48,739 nt of DNA. It comes from Patescibacteria group bacterium. Lineage in GTDB: Bacteria; Patescibacteriota; Minisyncoccia; Phycocordibacterales; GWA1-40-21. The position numbers and the translations under genes were made by a program. The stretch is taken from assembly GCA_018968925.1 (NCBI GenBank), contig JAGWZI010000002.1, forward strand, positions 1 through 48,739, written 5' to 3'. Positions 42,989 to 48,739 of this stretch are shown in pieces. Every line of letters starts with the position of its first letter. Position 1 is the first letter of the stretch. The notes under the pieces are model-generated. The model saw only the letters and a list, made by a program, of their open reading frames with translations, did no database searches and was not told the origin of the DNA.

Positions 42989-43369
42989 TTACTTCTTGTC
43001 CGCCGCCTTCCTGCCCGTGCCCATCGTCTTTCTCGTATTGCCGCGGAGCGTCCGGGAGTTCGTCTTCGTCCGCTGGCCGCGCGACGGGAGCTTCCTGATG
43101 TGCCGGATGCCGCGGTACGATTTGATGTCCTTGAGGCGCTTGATGTGCGCCGCGACCTCGCGCTTGAGATCGCCCTCGATCTTTCTCGATTCGACGATCT
43201 TCCTGATGCGTGCCTCTTCGTCGGCGGAAAGTTCCGTCGGCTTTTTGTCCGCATTCACCTTCGCCTGTTCAAGGATGATCCGGGCAAGGGGTAAGCCGAT
43301 GCCGTAGAGCACCGTAAGGCCGACCTTCAACCGCTTGTTGTCTGGAATTGTGATACCGACGATGCGCAT
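42989..43369 (-). CDS. rpsM: 30S ribosomal protein S13
   Basis: MRIVGITIPDNKRLKVGLTVLYGIG. Confidence 0.93.
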   Translation of the reverse strand: MRIVGITIPDNKRLKVGLTVLYGIGLPLARIILEQAKVNADKKPTELSADEEARIRKIVESRKIEGDLKREVAAHIKRLKDIKSYRGIRHIRKLPSRGQRTKTNSRTLRGNTRKTMGTGRKAADKK

Positions 43370-43422
43370 ACAAAATTCAGAAGCTTTACCTTAGCATTCT
43401 ATCCTTATAAAATCAAGGCCTT

Positions 43423-43539
43423 TTAGCCCTGCCGCTGTTTATGGCGCGGATTGCCCGTGCAGACGACATGCACCCGCCCTTTCCGGCGGACGATCCTGCA
43501 CTTGGCGCAGATTGTCTTGACTGATGCTTTGACTTTCAT
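43423..43539 (-). CDS. rpmJ: 50S ribosomal protein L36
   Basis: This gene is absent from the ORF track because it is too short. Manual translation gives [38 protein letters not shown] (38 aa). It sits in the conserved position between infA and rpsM. Confidence 0.9.
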   Translation of the reverse strand: MKVKASVKTICAKCRIVRRKGRVHVVCTGNPRHKQRQG

Positions 43540-43550
43540 GTTTTCGTTGT

Positions 43551-43766
43551 TTAGAGCCTTCGCACGATCCTTCCTTTGCCGCCGTACTCGTCAAGCACCA
43601 CTTCCACCTTGTCGCCGATGAGGATCTTGATCCGGTGAAGGCGCATCTTGCCGGCGAGGTAGCAGAGGAGTTCCTGTCCGCTGTCCATGTTCACCTTGAA
43701 CAGAGCGTTCGGGAACGCTTCGAGCACCGTTCCGGTCTCGGTTTGCTTGGCTTTTGGTATTGTCAT
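43551..43766 (-). CDS. infA: Translation initiation factor IF-1
   Basis: [43 protein letters not shown] (S1-like fold). A TATAAT box (minus strand) lies at 43789-43794. Confidence 0.93.
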   Translation of the reverse strand: MTIPKAKQTETGTVLEAFPNALFKVNMDSGQELLCYLAGKMRLHRIKILIGDKVEVVLDEYGGKGRIVRRL

Positions 43767-43809
43767 GAACGACGCATCATCCTAACAAATTATAAAGGGA
43801 GAGTCAATG

Positions 43810-44688
43810 TTATCCGCCGCTATTTTCCCCTATCTGCCCCGGATCGGAAACGTTAATCTCCGCCTTGCCGCCATAGCTCGTGATCATACCGGTTACCGTG
43901 ATCGGCACATCCGTATATTCGGCGATGTTCTTGAATTTCTTGGCATCATCGGCAAATATGACGACCGAGAACGGACATGATTTGTAATTCGTGCAGTAAT
44001 CGAAAAAGACCGTGCCGCCCGATGATGTGTAGATATTCACCGGCACGCCGGAGACCGACGCCATTCTGCCGATATAATTTCCCGCTTCGGAAAAGGAAAT
44101 CGATACGGGCGGCGCGGCGGCGGAAGCCGCCGCGCCCGTGCTTGTCGCAGCATTTGCCGCGATGACCTTTTCGATGATGGCGAGATATTCCTGCCGCAAT
44201 GTTTCGTCCGTGCCGATCTCGAGGATCTCATCGTTCGCCACGGTCGCGCTCGAGGTCCAGTTGTAGCTGCCGATCGCGTACGCCTTGTCCGTGACGAGCG
44301 CCTTGATATGCATGATGCCGTCGGGATGCGTTTGCGTTTCGACCGGAATGCCGGCGGCGGAAAGCTCGGCAAGGATCGGCTTCTCATAATCCGTCGCCGC
44401 CTCGTCGCGGTCGGTGATGCCGCGCACGTCGATGCCGCGCGATTTCGCAGCGACAAGCGCGTCCGCAATGTTCTTTTTCGTGAAGGTATAGACGGCGAAA
44501 TAGGCAAACTGTTTCGCGCCGTCGATCAGTTTGATGATTTCCCGATCGTTCTCTCGCGCATCGAGGCTGTACAAAACCTTCGTCTCGCCCGCGAGATTTG
44601 CCGAATGCATCGATGCGACCGCAAAGCCCGCGCAAAAGAGCGCGGCCCCCGCCGCAACCGGTAACCATATTTTGTATGATGTACGCAT
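43810..44688 (-). CDS. Secreted phospholipase D-family (Nuc-like) nuclease with a C-terminal OB-fold-like domain
   Basis: Signal or TM N-terminus and a single HKD motif (HIKALVTDKAYAIGSYNWTSSA). The roughly 100-aa C-terminal tail (IGRMASVSGVPVNIYTSSGGTVFFDY...FSVVIFADD...VPITVTGMITSYGGKAEINV) resembles nuclease-associated OB folds. Confidence 0.7.
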   Translation of the reverse strand: MRTSYKIWLPVAAGAALFCAGFAVASMHSANLAGETKVLYSLDARENDREIIKLIDGAKQFAYFAVYTFTKKNIADALVAAKSRGIDVRGITDRDEAATDYEKPILAELSAAGIPVETQTHPDGIMHIKALVTDKAYAIGSYNWTSSATVANDEILEIGTDETLRQEYLAIIEKVIAANAATSTGAAASAAAPPVSISFSEAGNYIGRMASVSGVPVNIYTSSGGTVFFDYCTNYKSCPFSVVIFADDAKKFKNIAEYTDVPITVTGMITSYGGKAEINVSDPGQIGENSGG

Positions 44689-46122
44689 TTACTGACCGCC
44701 CGTACCCCTTATGGTGTCGACGATCTGTATTTTATCAGCATTTTTCGGGAACGCGCCGGCCCACGGCGGCGTGATCTTGGCGGTCATGCCGGAAACGGCT
44801 GGTTTTTGTTCGTCGGCGACCGTCGCAAGAACGGATTTGTCCTGCCCCTGCAATTCGTCCTTTATTTTCTGCGCATCATATGACCAGACGATCTTGCCGC
44901 CGCCCGAGAATGTCGCCTTGAGCTGCCGCTCGAGCCAGGGCGTCGCGGTCATGCCGGAAACGGAAACGCTCATGTCCGGGTTCCAGATCGCATCGACGGA
45001 CGACGTGCCGTCGTAGTCGGAAAGTTTGTTGCGCGCGATGAACGAAGCGAGCGACGCATTGTCGAAGACGATCGCGTACATGGCCGCCGATTCGGAAACG
45101 ACATAGGTGGTCACATCGGGCGCATCCGGCAGATCGCCGTAGGAGATGAAATAATCGCCCTTGAAAAAAGTCTCACTGTTCCCCGCCGCCTGGTCGGAAA
45201 CCGTCTTCACAAGATTCGCCGCAAGCTGGTTTTTGAGTTCGTTCCGCGCCGCAGTGATGACGTCGCCCGAGGCGGTCTTCACCGTGCCGACGATCCCGCC
45301 CGCCGCATCGGCGGACAAGCGCGCATAAAAGCTCGAATACTCCGGCTTGCCTTGAAGGCCCGGAATGGTGAAATCGCCTTTCAGATCGGAAAGCTTCATA
45401 TTATAGTCGGCGCCCGGCGCATCGGCGATGATCGGCACTTCGACGCTGCCCGGCGTTTTCGTCCCGTTCACGGTGTGGATGCCGGGCACCGTTACGGACT
45501 GCGTGATGTGGTAGATGAGACCGGCCGACGTCTCGAGCCGCGTATTGATGACGAGCTTCTCCGACGCGGAGCTGTAGTTGTTGTAAATGATCGCCTTGCC
45601 GGTCGCTTTGCGCGCGACATTCTCCGTGCCGTTCGTCACGACCGGCTGGGACAGGGTGGTGGAAGCGGCGATGATCTGATAATGCAGACCGAGGCTTTCG
45701 GCGGTCGAGGTCGATGTCGTGATCATGTACAGGTCATTCAGCGCGACCGGTTCCGATTTCGGCGTGACCGTCACGGTCGCCGAGGCAAAAACGGACGAGA
45801 CGAAGAAAATGACGACGCCGACGACAATGATGCACAGCGCCCAGAGGAACATGCGGGAATTTCCCGACACTTTCTCTTCGGGATCTGCCGGATAACCGAC
45901 GGCGGAAAAGCTCCGGCGGCGTTCCTCGAAAATCTTCCTGAAATCCTGCCGCTTGGAAATGGCGGGGGTATCATTGTCATCGATTCTCTCTTCTTCATCA
46001 ACAGAGTCCCGGACCGGTTTCTGCACCGGTGTCGGCGCGACGGCCGGCCGGATGATGCCGCGTTCCGGACGGTCTGCCGGCTTTCCCTTCACGAAAATAT
46101 CCTGGATGAGTTTCTTCGCCAT
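44689..46122 (-). CDS. Single-pass membrane protein with a large extracytoplasmic domain, unknown function
   Basis: A charged cytoplasmic N-terminus of about 90 aa, then the TM segment MFLWALCIIVVGVVIFFVSSVFA, then about 370 aa rich in Thr/Ser/Val (beta-rich). The stop abuts the PLD gene start with no gap. Confidence 0.55.
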   Translation of the reverse strand: MAKKLIQDIFVKGKPADRPERGIIRPAVAPTPVQKPVRDSVDEEERIDDNDTPAISKRQDFRKIFEERRRSFSAVGYPADPEEKVSGNSRMFLWALCIIVVGVVIFFVSSVFASATVTVTPKSEPVALNDLYMITTSTSTAESLGLHYQIIAASTTLSQPVVTNGTENVARKATGKAIIYNNYSSASEKLVINTRLETSAGLIYHITQSVTVPGIHTVNGTKTPGSVEVPIIADAPGADYNMKLSDLKGDFTIPGLQGKPEYSSFYARLSADAAGGIVGTVKTASGDVITAARNELKNQLAANLVKTVSDQAAGNSETFFKGDYFISYGDLPDAPDVTTYVVSESAAMYAIVFDNASLASFIARNKLSDYDGTSSVDAIWNPDMSVSVSGMTATPWLERQLKATFSGGGKIVWSYDAQKIKDELQGQDKSVLATVADEQKPAVSGMTAKITPPWAGAFPKNADKIQIVDTIRGTGGQ

Positions 46123-46137
46123 TGTTTTGATTATACA

Positions 46138-47295
46138 TTATTTCGCGCGCAAACGCTCGCAGAACGCAATGTTCATCTTCACGTCAGGGTCGCCGGGAAA
46201 CGCCTGTGCGTTGCCGATGCGCGCGATGAACATATCGTCGCCGATCGTGACGACATCCGCCGGCCCGTCGCCCGCATGGAACGGATTCCCCTTCGCGCCG
46301 CTCATTTCCTCCGCGGCAAAATGCCCGATATCGGTTTTCGGCGCGATGAAAACGGTTTTCGGCGCTCCCGACGGGCACATCGCGGCGATGGTGCCGGCAA
46401 GTTCTTTTTCCCACGTTTCCACCGCCGCGTCGATCGGCGCTTCCATCTTCTTGCGCGACAAGGCTTCATAATTGCCGATGCGCCGGATGGCGACGGCGGA
46501 CGCGACCAATCCTTTCGGTCTTGCTGACTTGGTCGACGCGGATTCGATGATGCGCCGGGCGCCCGACGGGAATGAGGCCGTCGCGGCGACCGTTCCGCCG
46601 CGGACGGCAAGCACGTCGGTCACAAAATCGTTCATGTCGACATAGATGAAATCGCGGATCTCGGGATATGCGGCGCGGATGAAGGAATGCGCGGCGAGGA
46701 GGGCCGAGCCGCGCCGGGCGGCATGGGCCGGAAGCCGTCGTGCGAGCGCGACCGGAGCGAACGACACATACGTATCTATCTCGCAATTGACGGCCTGTTT
46801 GCCGATGATGTTCCCGACCGCATAGCCGTTCAGACGTGATTCGAGCACTTTTTCCTCGATGACCTGCCAGTCGCGAATGCCGGATCGGCGCGTAAGAATG
46901 TTCATCATGCTTGACTCCTCTCCGAGGAGCACCTTTTTCAAAAAGCCCGCGTCGATGGAAAACGGGCGGTCTTTGGCGACACGGATCGTCTTTGCCTGCG
47001 ACATCACCCACGGCGATCCGAAAAAGAAATACTGGGCACCGACATGTTCCCGCACCCCGGTTTCTGCAAGCATCCGCCGCGCATCGAGCGCCGCCTGGTC
47101 AACCGTCGCGAGCATCGCCGCGAGATGCTTGTCGTGGTCGTCCGGCGCGATGACCGGAATCGCGAAATCGCGGCACGAGAGCATGTCAGGCTTCTTCCCT
47201 TCCTCGAAGGCGACGGCTGCGACCGTGAGCCGCGCATCGCGGACGTCAAAGACGAGCGTAATTTCCCGTTTCGATTGTGAAGAAAAAAGACCCAT
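46138..47295 (-). CDS. Hypothetical protein, possibly a degenerate actin-like (FtsA/PilM-superfamily) fold
   Basis: ITLVFDVRDARLTVAAV and IYVDMNDFVTDVLAVRGG loosely resemble phosphate-1 and phosphate-2 motifs but lack the Gly residues. The functional call is weak. Confidence 0.45.
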   Translation of the reverse strand: MGLFSSQSKREITLVFDVRDARLTVAAVAFEEGKKPDMLSCRDFAIPVIAPDDHDKHLAAMLATVDQAALDARRMLAETGVREHVGAQYFFFGSPWVMSQAKTIRVAKDRPFSIDAGFLKKVLLGEESSMMNILTRRSGIRDWQVIEEKVLESRLNGYAVGNIIGKQAVNCEIDTYVSFAPVALARRLPAHAARRGSALLAAHSFIRAAYPEIRDFIYVDMNDFVTDVLAVRGGTVAATASFPSGARRIIESASTKSARPKGLVASAVAIRRIGNYEALSRKKMEAPIDAAVETWEKELAGTIAAMCPSGAPKTVFIAPKTDIGHFAAEEMSGAKGNPFHAGDGPADVVTIGDDMFIARIGNAQAFPGDPDVKMNIAFCERLRAK

Positions 47296-47302
47296 ATGGG
47301 CC

Positions 47303-48739
47303 TTATTCTAGCACAGCTTTTATTCTGCGCACGCCGGCGGAGACCGCCTCTTCCTTCACGATCTTGAAATGTCCGAGTTCGCCTGTGTTTTTGACATGCG
47401 GGCCGCCGCAGAATTCGATGCTGAAATAGCCGCCGTCTTTCACGCCGATCTTGTAGACTTTCACGACGTCGCCGTAATGCGAAAGATCGAACGCGAGCGT
47501 CGTCGCGATCTTTTCCGCCTCCGGCTTCGGCAATTCCTGCATTTCGACCGGCAGATGTTCCTTGATCTTCTCGTTCACGAGATCTTCCACCGCTTTCACC
47601 TGCTCCGGCGTCAATTTCGTCGGCCAGTTGAAATCAAAGCGCATGCGCTCCGCCGTGATATTGCTTCCCTTCTGGACGATTGCTTGTCCGAGCACTTTCT
47701 GCAGAGCCGCGAGCGTCAAATGCGTCGCCGTGTGGTATTTCGTCTCCTGCTCGCCAGTTGAAGCAAGTCCTCCTTTGAATTTCTGTTCACTACCGGCGCG
47801 GGAAATGTCCTGGTGTTTTTTGAATTCTCCCTGGAAACCAGCAATATCAACTTTTATTCCCTTTTGATTCGCCATTTCCACGGTAAGCTCGAGCGGGTAA
47901 CCATATGTCGAAAACAATTTGAACGCATCTTCGCCGGAAATATCTTTGGTGCTGATCTTATTGAAGATTTTTTCACCTTCGACAAGAGTTTTGGTAAATT
48001 TTAATTCTTCATCTGCAAGAATATTCCTAACATGCTTTTGTTTAGTTTTAATCTCGGCGTATACATCCTTATATTTTTCAGCGACAATGCCGACAAAGCT
48101 ATTGAGAGAATTTTGCAATTGAATGCTTGCCGCATTAAAAGCCGCTCGGCGTATTAAACGACGAAGCACATAACCTTGCTCGGTATTCGAAGGGATCACT
48201 CCGTCTGCAATCATAAATACAGAACTGCGAATGTGATCAGCGATGATCCTTACTTTTCTCATATATTCTTCCTTTGTTTCGAAAGAAATATTGGATGGCA
48301 AAGCCTTGCGAGGCGTAGCAAGAATTGCATTCATTAAGTAATCAAAAAGATCGGTTTCGAACACAGTACTTTTCTGTTGCATCACTACGGCAGTTCTTTC
48401 CAAACCCATGCCGGTGTCGACGTTCTGCTTTGCAAGCTTTTCGATGCTGCCGTCGGCTTTCTTGTTGAACTCCATGAAGACGTCGTTCCAGATCTCGATG
48501 ATCCGTCCTTGCTTCACGAGGTCATGGAATTTCCCTTCAAGCTTGCCACCGACGACATCGTAGAACATTTCCGTGTCCGGACCGCACGGACCGGTGTTGC
48601 CTGCGATCCAGAAATTGTCGTCCGTTCCGAGCGGCACGATGCGCACGTCGCCGGAAATCTTTTCATCAGCGCCTGCGACGCCTGCCTTGATATTGTGCTT
48701 CGCAAAATTTTCTTCCCAATGCTTGATCGATTCCTCGTC
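47303..48739 (-). CDS. alaS: Alanine--tRNA ligase, 5'-partial (runs off the window), lacking a C-Ala domain
   Basis: NFWIAGNTGPCGPDTEMFYD, GMGLERTA, the editing-domain motifs HTATHL and CGGPHV. The frame stays open to 48739 (..DEESIKHWEENFAK..). The stop comes right after VRRIKAVLE. Confidence 0.9.
   Translation of the reverse strand, partial: DEESIKHWEENFAKHNIKAGVAGADEKISGDVRIVPLGTDDNFWIAGNTGPCGPDTEMFYDVVGGKLEGKFHDLVKQGRIIEIWNDVFMEFNKKADGSIEKLAKQNVDTGMGLERTAVVMQQKSTVFETDLFDYLMNAILATPRKALPSNISFETKEEYMRKVRIIADHIRSSVFMIADGVIPSNTEQGYVLRRLIRRAAFNAASIQLQNSLNSFVGIVAEKYKDVYAEIKTKQKHVRNILADEELKFTKTLVEGEKIFNKISTKDISGEDAFKLFSTYGYPLELTVEMANQKGIKVDIAGFQGEFKKHQDISRAGSEQKFKGGLASTGEQETKYHTATHLTLAALQKVLGQAIVQKGSNITAERMRFDFNWPTKLTPEQVKAVEDLVNEKIKEHLPVEMQELPKPEAEKIATTLAFDLSHYGDVVKVYKIGVKDGGYFSIEFCGGPHVKNTGELGHFKIVKEEAVSAGVRRIKAVLE

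Noticed and set aside
1-48739. Scan for tRNA, rRNA, CRISPR arrays, transposases, integrases and toxin-antitoxin pairs.
   Set aside because: No spacer contains tRNA-like T-arm or acceptor signatures, and all spacers longer than 70 nt were read. There are no regularly spaced repeats. No ORF has DDE, tyrosine-recombinase or serine-recombinase motifs.

Overview
This window is a high-GC, gene-dense bacterial segment that is almost entirely housekeeping. Genes are short and tightly packed, and several enzymes look domain-reduced. I saw few Shine-Dalgarno sequences. Together these suggest a reduced-genome uncultivated lineage (CPR/Patescibacteria-like), which is an inference. Going left to right, the content is: a secreted helical protein and an MFS transporter; an ECF sigma/anti-sigma pair followed by a MacAB-like adaptor/ATPase/permease set; a UvrD-nuclease fusion helicase; a DsbA-like oxidoreductase; rplU; recR-dnaB; DUF1003-cysS; ctpA-glmS-rplI; and rpmA. 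Next comes a visibly lower-GC islet at about 20.6-23.3 kb holding a lysozyme-like protein, an unknown 146-aa protein, a GT9 glycosyltransferase and a small membrane protein. A roughly 10.5-kb (about 12 kb if the small membrane protein and GT9 gene are co-transcribed) co-directional minus-strand array follows: aspS-HIT-scpA-scpB-dacA-asnB-mraY-ftsW-murG-gltX. After that come an orphan ClpP-like gene, trpS, and grpE-orf-dnaK-dnaJ. The window ends with the infA-rpmJ-rpsM-rpsK-rpsD-rpoA-rplQ-rplM-rpsI block, a secreted PLD-family nuclease, two unknown proteins and a 5'-truncated alaS. I found no rRNA, tRNA, CRISPR array or transposase. Four observations deserve a second look. (1) Sharp low-GC blocks sit inside four of the five aminoacyl-tRNA synthetase genes. 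(2) A TGnTAnnnT box recurs 6-9 nt upstream of start codons, which implies widespread leaderless transcription. (3) An orphan promoter-to-terminator unit of about 135 nt lies between grpE and rpsI and is a candidate small RNA. (4) Several core enzymes lack canonical domains (AspRS, AlaRS, DnaJ), and an asnB gene is embedded in the cell-wall operon. No clear novel multi-gene system such as a defence island is evident. Functional calls rest on motif recognition by eye, not on database searches.
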